Origin: an uncultured Acidobacteriota bacterium
Lineage (GTDB): Bacteria; Acidobacteriota; Terriglobia; Acidiferrales; UBA7541
Direction of reading: 5' to 3'
Length of the DNA: 64,000 nucleotides
Assembly: GCA_963803835.1 (NCBI GenBank)
Contig: CAWDOI010000016.1
Span: forward strand, 3,956-67,955
In this document: positions 7,990 to 16,167 of the stretch, in pieces
How the letters are laid out: each line of letters opens with the position of its first letter
How positions within the stretch are numbered: position 1 is the stretch's first letter
Notes under the pieces: model-generated
The model's database searches: none
What the model saw: only the letters and a program-made list of their open reading frames with translations
What the model was told of the DNA's origin: nothing
Made by a program: the position numbers and the translations under genes

Positions 7990-7991
7990 AG
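7862..7991. repeat. 130-bp segment identical to 5008..5137
   Basis: See 5008..5137. Both copies are on the same strand, so this is a direct repeat. Confidence 0.9.
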
Positions 7992-8502
7992 GCCCTTTAA
8001 AAACAATGTTGTAAAGATGTGTCGTGGACGAAAAACGTTTGAGGAGGGACCAAATTTCGAACGCCGCCCTTAATCCGAAAAAGTCGCGGGCCGATTCTCG
8101 AACCCGCACCCCGATTATACGGAACCCCGAGTCTACGTACAAATACGGACGTAGTTCTACGGATTGACGCGAGAATCGGAGGGCGTAAAGTTGGCGCATT
8201 GCCCAAGGGCGTCCGTGCCCCTACACTTCGCCCTGCTGACAAGGCCGGGGGATTGTTGCTCGCGCTGGGTGGCAACCCCCGGCTGCACTGACTCGCGCGG
8301 TTCCGTTCTCGTGGGATGTAACTTTCTCTCGGTGGCGCGTATCTAATCTCTAGACCTCAGGTCTAAGAACCCCCACAGGGAAGCGGCGCACACTCGAATC
8401 AAAAACGTCGCTTCCCGTCCTTCTCTAATCTTGAGCTACAATCCTGTTATGACAGAACTTCAGCGCGCGATGGGCCGTTATGAACGATGAGAAGAGGACA
8501 AC

Positions 8503-8733
8503 GTGCCAAACCTTTCTGCGGCAGAAATCCGTCGCCTTCAAGAGATCCGACTCAAATGGAACACGTATTACACAGGGCGCGAGAAGCTCTCTCGTATGGA
8601 CCGCGCATTGCTTCAAAGCGAATATGTCGGCTGTACGGCTCGAAGGAACTTCGTCTCCCTCGGAAGCTACCTCGGCGACACGCGAATTCTGCGATTAACG
8701 GCTAAGGGTAAACGTGCCGTGCATTCGCTTTAG
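8503..8733 (+). CDS. hypothetical protein
   Basis: GTG 8503 follows GAGGA. This is the most protein-like of three overlapping frames. Confidence 0.4.
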   Translation: MPNLSAAEIRRLQEIRLKWNTYYTGREKLSRMDRALLQSEYVGCTARRNFVSLGSYLGDTRILRLTAKGKRAVHSL

Positions 8734-8745
8734 CGCACCTAATGC

Positions 8746-9084
8746 GTGAAACAGGAAACCGAACTCCTCATAAAAGACGACAAAGGAACGCTCCGCGTTG
8801 AGCGATGGTCGGTTGTCTCAACTGTGGCGGTTCCACTTGTTCAGAAAGCAGACTCCGTAAAATCAATTAATATGTATCTCTGCGCCACTGACGCGCCGAT
8901 TGACGTGGAAGAATTTCGCGCCCGTCTGCGAAAAATGACTGACGCCGAACTTCTGAGGTACGGAAAAGCTGCCCGCTATATGTGTCGCCCGACCGCATAT
9001 TTTGGCAAAGCTCCCCGCGAGACTTTCGTTATTCAATTGCGGGAGTGTCGTGCCGAATGGAAGCGAAGGCAGAAGGGAAACTAA
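8746..9084 (+). CDS. hypothetical protein
   Basis: 112-aa ORF, GTG start, no family recognised. Confidence 0.4.
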   Translation: MKQETELLIKDDKGTLRVERWSVVSTVAVPLVQKADSVKSINMYLCATDAPIDVEEFRARLRKMTDAELLRYGKAARYMCRPTAYFGKAPRETFVIQLRECRAEWKRRQKGN

Positions 9085-9908
9085 TTCGGGGCGAGTCCAG
9101 TTTCGATTGGCCAATTTCCAAGTGGAATCTGAATGACTTTATTCTGGTTTATCCATGATTTCTGTTCATACATCAGCATAGGATTCACGCCTTTGATCTT
9201 CCCGAAATACAGATAACCCGATAAGTACCCGCCTGAAGAAATAGCACCACCATTGTATGCGGTCTGCCCGATCCAGTTCGTCATCGTAAAAACAGTTCGT
9301 GCGGTCTGCTCGTTGACTTGTCTTTCCTGTTGCTCCTGAAGCGCGCGCACCAACGGCCACAGCGGATCGGTGGAAACTATCTGGCCCACATACTGCCCAC
9401 GAGAATTGTAGATGTCCGAATGCACTTCGTTCGGTGGCGGCTCCGAGTAAGACGGAACGGCCAACTTCGCCATGGCGCCCGTGATTGTTGTTGGTTCTAT
9501 GGAGCCGGTCACACTGGCATGCTTGAAATCGTTCAGATGTTTCGGATCAAGGGAGATGATGTAGAAATCTCCGTGTACAACGCTGACGGTTTCATTGCTC
9601 CGGTTTATCGCGATGACGAAAACCGTATTCTGCGCTGGGCCGAAATGCGCCGGCATGCTGTCGGACCAAGACCAGACTTCGATGCCGTCAACACAATGTC
9701 CACGATACTCGCGCCCAAGAATGTCCGCGGGTAAACGCTTGACCATCCCGTTGCAGGCGTAATCTATTCCGCCGATTCCTGGTTTGATGGTTTGGATAGT
9801 AGTCTGGGCAGAGAACGGAAGCGTTGGAGTAAAGAAGAATATAAAAAGCATGCTCGCCAGGGCTTGCTTCATGCGCCAACGATCATTCCCCATTTTTCCA
9901 TTGCTCAC
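9081..9908 (-). CDS. hypothetical secreted protein
   Basis: Signal peptide MKQALASMLFIFFFTPTLPFSAQT. GTG 9908 overlaps the upstream stop (GTGA). ATG 9872 is an alternative start. Confidence 0.55.
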   Translation of the reverse strand: MSNGKMGNDRWRMKQALASMLFIFFFTPTLPFSAQTTIQTIKPGIGGIDYACNGMVKRLPADILGREYRGHCVDGIEVWSWSDSMPAHFGPAQNTVFVIAINRSNETVSVVHGDFYIISLDPKHLNDFKHASVTGSIEPTTITGAMAKLAVPSYSEPPPNEVHSDIYNSRGQYVGQIVSTDPLWPLVRALQEQQERQVNEQTARTVFTMTNWIGQTAYNGGAISSGGYLSGYLYFGKIKGVNPMLMYEQKSWINQNKVIQIPLGNWPIETGLAPN

Positions 9909-10129
9909 GCGCGGGTAAAGTTGGATTCGACCTTGTATGCCCCGTAATGCAAACCCGCCTGCAATGCGGCCTCGCCAGTTTTGAATATCTGGCCGGTTTC
10001 TGAGCGCGAATCGATCACCTCATAACCACGGTGTTGCTCAATAGAAAAATGGGAAGTCCAACCGCCGCCGCGTACTGGAATGGCGCGGGCTTCGACCACA
10101 TACCCCTTATAGGTCCTACGTTCCTTCAT
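9905..10129 (-). CDS. hypothetical small protein
   Basis: ATG 10129 follows GAGGAGG. MKERRTYKGYVVEARAIPVRGGGWTSHFSIEQHRGYEV... Coupled to 9081..9908. Confidence 0.55.
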   Translation of the reverse strand: MKERRTYKGYVVEARAIPVRGGGWTSHFSIEQHRGYEVIDSRSETGQIFKTGEAALQAGLHYGAYKVESNFTRA

Positions 10130-10197
10130 GCGTTTCCTCCTCGCGATGCCTGACACGGATTCTATCACGCGCCATCAAGTCAAGTTGACTCACGTCT

Positions 10198-10698
10198 TCA
10201 ATGCCCCGTGGCCGCTCGAATCAAATTTGTGAGCAGGGGAAGCAACCGGGGAGCCCTCCAAATTGCCGTCAAAACCAGAAGAACAACTATGACGACGATC
10301 TGCGTGTTTTCAGGTAACTTCAAAAACGCGGCCCCTATAGCCCGGAACGGAGACCAGCATATCAGGACGAATTGCTTCGATTTGTCTTTCACGTCATAGA
10401 GGAACTTGCTTCTGTAATACTTGCAATTCTTCGGGCACATTATCGGATCATTTTGCAGTCCGAAGTGAAGCAGTTTGTATCGAACATCCGTACTTGTCAG
10501 GCCATCCCGCCAAGCAAAACTACCTTCTCGACAAACAGGGTAATAAAAGGGCATCCCGTCGGCCCGGGCATCTGAGAGCGGTCTTATCTCAAGGTTCATG
10601 CACGAACGGAGTACACCCGTCTTTATGCGTTCTTCAATCCAGGCCCGCACATTGTGTTGACTGCCGGCGTCTATGAACTGGGAAGACATTTGGCACAA
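10198..10698 (-). CDS. hypothetical protein with C-terminal TM anchor
   Basis: 166 aa. Cys-rich N-terminal part. C-terminal hydrophobic stretch IVVIVVLLVLTAIW. Confidence 0.5.
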   Translation of the reverse strand: MCQMSSQFIDAGSQHNVRAWIEERIKTGVLRSCMNLEIRPLSDARADGMPFYYPVCREGSFAWRDGLTSTDVRYKLLHFGLQNDPIMCPKNCKYYRSKFLYDVKDKSKQFVLICWSPFRAIGAAFLKLPENTQIVVIVVLLVLTAIWRAPRLLPLLTNLIRAATGH

Positions 10699-10936
10699 AT
10701 TATACGGTAGCGATTCGGGATCTCAAAATGCCGTTCACAATCCCCTTCCACCGCTCCGGTGAACAGGTTGTACAGCCAGTCTGCAAATACTAAGCCCTTG
10801 CGGCCATGTGATCCGATTATGATTAAGTCGGCCCGGCGCGCGGCGGTTTGATCTGGCGAGACGAGATAGAAAATTTTTCAGAGCCTGCGGTGGGTGGTTT
10901 GGATAAACTTACATCGGCGATCAGTGGAGGAGCGAG

Positions 10937-11158
10937 ATGAAAGTCTACGCGTTCGTAACATCCGAACCAACAAGCGGTGCTTATCTCGTCGTGCGTGAAA
11001 TATATGCGAGTCGAGAATTGGCGGAAGCGGCAAAGAATCTCGCAGAAGTGGTATCGTTAACTCCTCGAACCCGTCGCGAAATCATCAAAATCGTCGAGTA
11101 TGAACTGATTGAAAGTTCTAGCTCTGGCCCTGTAGAGCAATCAGAAGGATACTGGTAA
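10937..11158 (+). CDS. hypothetical small protein
   Basis: ATG follows GGAGGAG. 73 aa. Confidence 0.55.
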   Translation: MKVYAFVTSEPTSGAYLVVREIYASRELAEAAKNLAEVVSLTPRTRREIIKIVEYELIESSSSGPVEQSEGYW

Positions 11159-11217
11159 GATCGAAGAGGCTTTCCCGAGGACTGGAGCACGCCGCGGCAC
11201 GTTCTGCAGCTGTATCG

Positions 11218-11721
11218 TCAATTTTTCGGTTTCGAAAGCACCGCTATAATCTTGTAAGTTTCCGACGCCGTTTTCTTTCCGTCGAGACTCACGGGCCACT
11301 CCAGCTTTGCCTTGTCGCCATTAAACTCCGCGTCGATTTCATCGACCAATGGCATGCGACAACTTCGGTGATTCCCTGCCCGGCCCGCCATGTGCTCTGC
11401 AAACTTGCTTTCACAATTGACGACCGCCACTCTACCGTCCGGCAACTGAAGAAAAAACGTTGCTCCACGCACGTGGAATGACACCTGATGGGCAGGCGTA
11501 CTTAAATCGGTCGTTCTCGTTGACCCGTTGCAGTTCACACTAGTGCTATCCCCGATGCAATTGACATTTGTGTTCGAATTTGATGTCGAGTATCCGGGCA
11601 CAACGTACGTGTACTCTGTTTCGTTATCCTCGCGATTAATAATCTTCACAGAAAGTTTCTGTGCGAACGCCGGTGCGACCGTGGAGATCACGACAAAAAC
11701 TCCGAAGACAAGGTTCCGCAT
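11218..11721 (-). CDS. hypothetical secreted protein
   Basis: ATG follows AAGGAG. Signal peptide MRNLVFGVFVVISTVAPAFA. Confidence 0.6.
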   Translation of the reverse strand: MRNLVFGVFVVISTVAPAFAQKLSVKIINREDNETEYTYVVPGYSTSNSNTNVNCIGDSTSVNCNGSTRTTDLSTPAHQVSFHVRGATFFLQLPDGRVAVVNCESKFAEHMAGRAGNHRSCRMPLVDEIDAEFNGDKAKLEWPVSLDGKKTASETYKIIAVLSKPKN

Positions 11722-11822
11722 TTTGGCTCCTTTCGGTGCGTTTTAGCACTGGGCTTGCAATAAGCATCAGTAATTATGGAGTAATCGGAAACTGAGCTAC
11801 TACAATATTATTCGGGGAATTG

Positions 11823-11897
11823 TGGTAGGGATACGGGGATTCGAACCCCGATTGCCGGGTTGAGAACCCGGTGTCCTAACCCTTAGACGATATCCCC
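11823..11897 (-). tRNA. tRNA-Glu (anticodon CUC), CCA encoded
   Basis: Hand-folded cloverleaf. Acceptor GGGGAUA/UAUCCCU (G1-U72 wobble), U8, D stem GUCU/GGAC, anticodon stem CCGGG/CCCGG with loop UUCUCAA, T arm CGGGG-UUCGAAU-CCCCG, then A-CCA. Confidence 0.9.
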
Positions 11898-11955
11898 ACA
11901 GGGAATGAAAACCCGGCACCCATTGTATCGGATGCCGGGCATCGAGGAAAAGAGT

Positions 11956-13080
11956 CTACTGGGCAGCGGCTGCGATTTCGGACGAGACGTGTTTCGCAAC
12001 TCTCTGCATTGCGTTCTTGAGCACGCCTGCGTCTTGAACGTTATAGCGGTCCAGCATTGCCCGAGTCTTCCACCCGCCGAGTTTCAAAACTGTGGATTCA
12101 TCCACTCCTGCCGCCAAAGCATTGATGGCCGCAGAGCATCGGCAATCATGGATTCGTGGACCTGAACGTGTGCGTGTTTTGGCGTCCCAAGTCCCGAGCC
12201 CTGCCTCTGCGACGGCCTTGCCCCACTCACGGTGAATGTAGTTCCCGTCGAAGTGGAAGACGGGCACAGACTCGTCGCGGAAACGTCCCCGCAGCATCTT
12301 AGCGATGGGCTCCAGATAACTGCCGGCCAGCACGATGAGCAGTGCCCTGCGCGTCTTCACGATCTCGGGGCTCAGGTTGATTTGCGTGCAGTCTCGAGAC
12401 ACCATGCTCCACTGAATTTTGCGCATTGCTCCTAGACGGCAACCTGTTGCATACATGAACTGGAAGAACGGTCGCAGCTCCTCGGGCAGCTTGCTCAGGA
12501 TCACGGCGAAATCTTTCGGCAGAATATATTGACCCGCAGGAGCCGAATCCTCTGGCATCGGGAAGTGCGGAACATCGTTGCGTCCAATCACGTCATCTTT
12601 CATCGCTCGATTGAACATAGCGCGAAGGGCAACCAGTTCGCGGCGAATCGTCGCGTCCGATATTCCTTCCTCACCGCGGCTGTCTGTGTAGTCGCGGATT
12701 TTGGCGATGACCTTTTTCTTCTCGTAAATCTTGAGCCCCGCGAAAAAGGAATCAATCGGCTTCAGGTGGTGGTTGTTGGCTTGTTCGGGCTTCGCGCGCA
12801 GGTACACGGCTCGTAGGTCTTCATAGCGGAGGGACTTCAAATCAGCCGGAGGAGTTTCACCGTCCTCAGTTTTCACTGTGCGACGATTGCGAATTGCCAG
12901 CGCTTTCTCGAAATCACCTGTGCCGGAATTCTCACGCCGCTGTACGCCATCTCGACCGTAATAGGTGATATACCAGTTCTTCGATTCGACCTTGATCGCG
13001 CCGGGGGTGCTCTTCGGCACAGCCTTGCCGGTTAGTTGATAGGTGATGAGTTTGATGACGCCTTTTGCCTTGATGTTCAT
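11956..13080 (-). CDS. tyrosine recombinase / phage-type integrase
   Basis: 374 aa. C-terminal catalytic region ...ATGCRLGAM...RIHDCRCSAAINALAAGVDESTVLKLGGWKTRAMLDRYNV (R, HxxR, Y). Lies 59 bp from tRNA-Glu. Confidence 0.9.
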   Translation of the reverse strand: MNIKAKGVIKLITYQLTGKAVPKSTPGAIKVESKNWYITYYGRDGVQRRENSGTGDFEKALAIRNRRTVKTEDGETPPADLKSLRYEDLRAVYLRAKPEQANNHHLKPIDSFFAGLKIYEKKKVIAKIRDYTDSRGEEGISDATIRRELVALRAMFNRAMKDDVIGRNDVPHFPMPEDSAPAGQYILPKDFAVILSKLPEELRPFFQFMYATGCRLGAMRKIQWSMVSRDCTQINLSPEIVKTRRALLIVLAGSYLEPIAKMLRGRFRDESVPVFHFDGNYIHREWGKAVAEAGLGTWDAKTRTRSGPRIHDCRCSAAINALAAGVDESTVLKLGGWKTRAMLDRYNVQDAGVLKNAMQRVAKHVSSEIAAAAQ

Positions 13081-13532
13081 GCGACCTCCTTTTGCCGTTG
13101 GGCACGCTGTTCGACGGCTCGTTGGAGATTACTAGTCTTGGAATTTTCACGGTGCTGTTTGCCGTCTCGGTCGTAGAACAAAATGTAGTAATTTCTGGAT
13201 TCCTTTTTGACTGCACCGGGAGTGGTTTTTGAAACGCTTTTGCCGTTCAACTGATGAGTAATCAGTTTGACGACACCCGTGGCGACGGGAGCATCAAGTT
13301 CGCTACCCCCGTTAACGTCTCGGTGACATTCGTGGCATAGCCATTCGACTTGTAGGGGTTTGCGGTAATCAGGATGATGCGCTTGCGTGAATCCGACCTT
13401 GCCGCAGCGTTCACATTTCTCGGAACGGGTCAGAGCACCAATTTTCAAAGCATACCTCACCGCATGCCGTGCCCTGGCTCGCTCAGGAAATCGAAGTTCG
13501 TGTTGCCGTTGGCGGGATATTTTCTCTTTCAC
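13077..13532 (-). CDS. fusion of an HNH-like zinc-finger motif with a duplicated integrase N-terminal domain
   Basis: The N-terminal half carries CERCGKVGFTQAHHPDYRKPLQVEWLCHECH. The C-terminal GVVKLITHQLNGKSVSKTTPGAVKKESRNYYILFYDRDGKQHRENS parallels the integrase N-terminus GVIKLITYQLTGKAVPKSTPGAIKVESKNWYITYYGRDGVQRRENS. Its stop overlaps the integrase ATG (ATGA). Confidence 0.6.
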   Translation of the reverse strand: MKEKISRQRQHELRFPERARARHAVRYALKIGALTRSEKCERCGKVGFTQAHHPDYRKPLQVEWLCHECHRDVNGGSELDAPVATGVVKLITHQLNGKSVSKTTPGAVKKESRNYYILFYDRDGKQHRENSKTSNLQRAVEQRAQRQKEVA

Positions 13533-13623
13533 ACGTCAATTAAATCATACAATGCAAACCATATCAAGAAAAAAGCAAACCATTCGTTTTTATTGGCATT
13601 TGTGGCTTGTTTTTTGCCCTCTC

Positions 13624-13662
13624 AAGGCCGGAATCGGGGTTCGAATCCCCGTATCGCTACCA
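13624..13662 (+). pseudogene. tRNA-Glu 3-prime-half remnant (att-like), inverted relative to the intact gene
   Basis: AATCGGGGTTCGAATCCCCGTATCGCTACCA matches the T arm, acceptor 3-prime strand and CCA of the tRNA at 11823..11897 with one mismatch. No acceptor 5-prime strand or D arm is found upstream. Confidence 0.7.
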
Positions 13663-13718
13663 AACTTTTTCACTCTGCTTACTTGCAATGAAAATCGCGT
13701 TCGTGTATTGGAGAACTT

Positions 13719-14399
13719 GTGACTCTCAAGGAATATCGCAGCAAGCGGCACTTCAGCGTCACGCCGGAGCCGGAGGGAAAGAAGAGCGCACAGAAGCCGG
13801 CGGGGCCGTCGCGGATTTTCGTGGTGCAAAAACATGCGGCGACGCGGCTGCATTATGATTTTCGGCTCGAGTGGAATGGAGTGCTGCTCTCGTGGGCTGT
13901 TCCGAAAGGCCCGTCCACCGATCCTTCCGTGAAACGGCTGGCGATGCATGTGGAAGACCATCCGATTGATTACGCCAATTTCGAGGGAGTCATTCCCGCG
14001 GGCGAATATGGCGGCGGGACGGTGATGGTGTGGGACACGGGGACGTGGGAGCCGCAATTTCCCGACGTCGAGGCGGCTTTGAAGAAGGGCGATTTCAAAT
14101 TTATTTTGCATGGGAAGAAGCTTCGCGGGTCCTGGGTGCTGGTTCGCACGCGCGGATTCGGAAGCTCGACGAAAGAATCGTGGCTGCTGATCAAGCATCG
14201 CGATGAATATGCCAGCCCGAAAGACATTACGATTGACCAGCCCGCGTCGGTTTTGAGTGGGAGGCTGCTCGCCGATATCGCGCGTTACGGCGGCGGCGAC
14301 GTGGAGAAAGCGGCGAGTGGAGATCCGAGTGGCGGGGTGAAATCTCCGGGGCGGATTGCGAAGAAGGGGAAAGTGAATGCTCGGCGGAAGAAGAGGTAG
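13719..14399 (+). CDS. stand-alone DNA ligase D 3-prime-phosphoesterase (LigD-PE) domain protein
   Basis: LKEYRSKRHFSVTPEP...FVVQKHAATRLHYDFRLE...LLSWAVPKGPS...HVEDHPIDYANFEG.IPAGEYGGGTVMVWD is the canonical LigD PE signature. Basic C-terminal tail. Confidence 0.85.
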   Translation: MTLKEYRSKRHFSVTPEPEGKKSAQKPAGPSRIFVVQKHAATRLHYDFRLEWNGVLLSWAVPKGPSTDPSVKRLAMHVEDHPIDYANFEGVIPAGEYGGGTVMVWDTGTWEPQFPDVEAALKKGDFKFILHGKKLRGSWVLVRTRGFGSSTKESWLLIKHRDEYASPKDITIDQPASVLSGRLLADIARYGGGDVEKAASGDPSGGVKSPGRIAKKGKVNARRKKR

Positions 14400-14649
14400 G
14401 GAGTAACGGAAAAGGGAAACGGGAAGATGGAAAAGGGCTGAACCGCAATTGCGATTTGTAGAGTGCCCCGTTTTGTGCCGCGAAATAATTCTTCGGTGCC
14501 TTGTTTTCAATCACTTCTGGCGTTTCTAATAATTTAGTGTGTCTCGAAATTTGTCGTCTGCGCGGGAGTTGCAATCGAGTGCCGGACGAAAGTCGGTCCG
14601 GCGCTACAGAAGTCACAGCAAATCGCGCCTCGGATGACCCCCTCTTTTT

Positions 14650-14733
14650 GTACCGATTAGAAATGGATCGTGATGATTGTTTTGTTGGGGTTGCGGCGAT
14701 TTTTAATCGTTTTGGTGTACCGATTAGAAATGG
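14650..14733. repeat. hairpin repeat element, copy 1 (GTACCGATTAGAAATGG ... CGATTTTTAATCG ... GTACCGATTAGAAATGG)
   Basis: 17-mer at 14650-14666 and at 14717-14733 (67-bp period). An internal inverted copy at 14697-14709 can pair with the downstream 17-mer. Confidence 0.8.
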
Positions 14734-14916
14734 AGTCTGTCTGGCTCGAGATTGCGGGGAAGGCGAAAAAGTTTGCTGATTGGGTTTCCGGGCCGCGCGG
14801 GAGAGTGCGCGCTGTGAAAACCCGGCCCGCCTGTCCCGACCGGATCGGGACGCAGAAGGCGCGCCAGCGAGCCCTACGAGAGATGGGCGAATCGCGTTCG
14901 AAGGGGTAGTGTTTGT

Positions 14917-15000
14917 GTCCCGGTTAGAAACGACCGCCGTGTTTTGTTTTCCGAGGGTTACGGCGATTTCTAATTGTTTTGGTGTACCGATTAGAAATCG
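14917..15000. repeat. hairpin repeat element, copy 2
   Basis: GTCCCGGTTAGAAACG at 14917-14932, CGATTTCTAATTG at 14964-14976, GTACCGATTAGAAATCG at 14984-15000. Same 67-bp period, homologous to copy 1 throughout. A degenerate third copy lies near 14521-14553. Confidence 0.8.
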
Positions 15001-15530
15001 ATTTGGGATTGAGTACTGGGCTCCGCAGATTTGCGGGCCTGTCCGTGTGCCGTGAGGGGCGACGCGTGGTCCGTGATCCGTGCAACGTGATCCGTGACTC
15101 GTGAGGCCTGGCGTTGGACATGAGAGAGACGTCGGGAGTGAGTGGATGACGCGCGCGGCGAGCGGGCGCATGCGTCCCCGGAGGCGAGGGCCTCCGGGCT
15201 CCGAAGAGAATCGCTCGGGCGCGAACCCTAACATATAGCGCGTGTTATCTCCTACGTCAATATATATGACGAGTAATTATATCACGCTGGCCTGGGGAGC
15301 CGCAAATCCACAGAGTGCAAGGGTTTACCGAAGTGCCGCGGAATCAGCGGGATTGGAGCGCAAAAAACTTACGAAACCGTGGATTTGATCTCGCGAAAAG
15401 CGCGCGGCTGCGGCACTCAGTCCCAAAATGGAACCGCATTTCGCACCGAGGTTCGGCACGTTGACGGGTGAGGTTACAGATCGGGGAAAAGTGATACACC
15501 CGGTGGTGTCTTAATTTGAAATCTGCGGCA

Positions 15531-15713
15531 TTAGATTGCGGCATTTAGTGTGCTCCGAATCCATTCCGAGACCGTCTGTTTCTTGCTCTTTGCGGTAGAT
15601 TCGATTGCCCGTAGTTCGTTGGGTGTAACCCGAATGCGCAAGGTTTCAACTTTGGCGTCTCCCTTTGGGAGTGGCGGCCTACCCGCCTTTTTAGCTTTCT
15701 GTTGTCTCGGCAT
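15531..15713 (-). CDS. ribbon-helix-helix (CopG/antitoxin-like) small protein
   Basis: MPRQQKAKKAGRPPLPKGDAKVETLRIRVTPNELRAIESTAKSKKQTVSEWIRSTLNAAI: basic tail followed by beta-alpha-alpha. AGGAG lies upstream of the ATG. Confidence 0.55.
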   Translation of the reverse strand: MPRQQKAKKAGRPPLPKGDAKVETLRIRVTPNELRAIESTAKSKKQTVSEWIRSTLNAAI

Positions 15714-16002
15714 TCCTGAACTCCTGAACGATCGCCGCTTGCACGGCGAGAACTGGAGACGTGACTGGCGCGATATGCAAGACCGTGACGTGGCCGCGTG
15801 GCTTCTCAGGATTGTCTGTATCATGCGCCCATGCGTAGGCCTTTGACGCTTTCGGGTGTCCGCTAGTCTCAAACACTTCCATGATGCCTGCCCATATCGT
15901 CTTTCCCTGAAACCGCTCGGTCGCCGGAACGCTCTCAACGTGACGCGCCTCTACACCATGTAGGCGCTGAACCGCGTCCCGTAAATCTTCGATATAGCTC
16001 AC
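15691..16002 (-). CDS. hypothetical protein, overlaps the RHH gene by 23 nt
   Basis: 103 aa, GTG start, no family recognised. Confidence 0.5.
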   Translation of the reverse strand: MSYIEDLRDAVQRLHGVEARHVESVPATERFQGKTIWAGIMEVFETSGHPKASKAYAWAHDTDNPEKPRGHVTVLHIAPVTSPVLAVQAAIVQEFRNAETTES

Positions 16003-16167
16003 GCGGCCTCTATTAAAACCTTAACCGTCCAGAAATCCCGTTCGATTCCAGCCGCCATCGCTGGCGTGCAACGCAGCGTATTGTGACGCTGCTAGGACGT
16101 TTGCCATCTGCGTTCTGCCCATGCCAATTGCTGTACCCCAATAATTAAGAGTTGTCAAGATATATTT

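Noticed and set aside
7992-8440. ORF-free GC-rich stretch with several hairpins (for example CCGGGGG...CCCCCGG at 8245-8282 and GGGAAGCG...CGCTTCCC near 8378-8416). Considered as a possible structured ncRNA.
   Set aside because: I could not match it to any RNA family (no tRNA-like, RNase P, SRP, 6S or tmRNA signatures) by inspection. It may simply be promoter or terminator DNA for the flanking divergent genes. A covariance-model scan (Rfam/Infernal) would settle it.
13590-14510. 306-aa minus-strand ORF.
   Set aside because: It is antisense to the well-supported LigD-PE gene. It is Arg/Pro-rich and low in complexity, as is typical of shadow ORFs in GC-rich DNA.
14650-15000. Possible mini-CRISPR array (17-mers with 67-bp periodicity).
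   Set aside because: There are only two pairs of repeats. The 'spacers' of the two pairs are homologous to each other and contain an inverted copy of the repeat. There are no cas genes. This behaves as a duplicated hairpin element, not an array.
14227-15234. 335-aa minus-strand ORF with the repeated FLIGTPK...SNR peptide.
   Set aside because: The internal repetition is simply the translation of the DNA hairpin repeats. The rest is Arg/Ser/Pro-rich. There is no start context.
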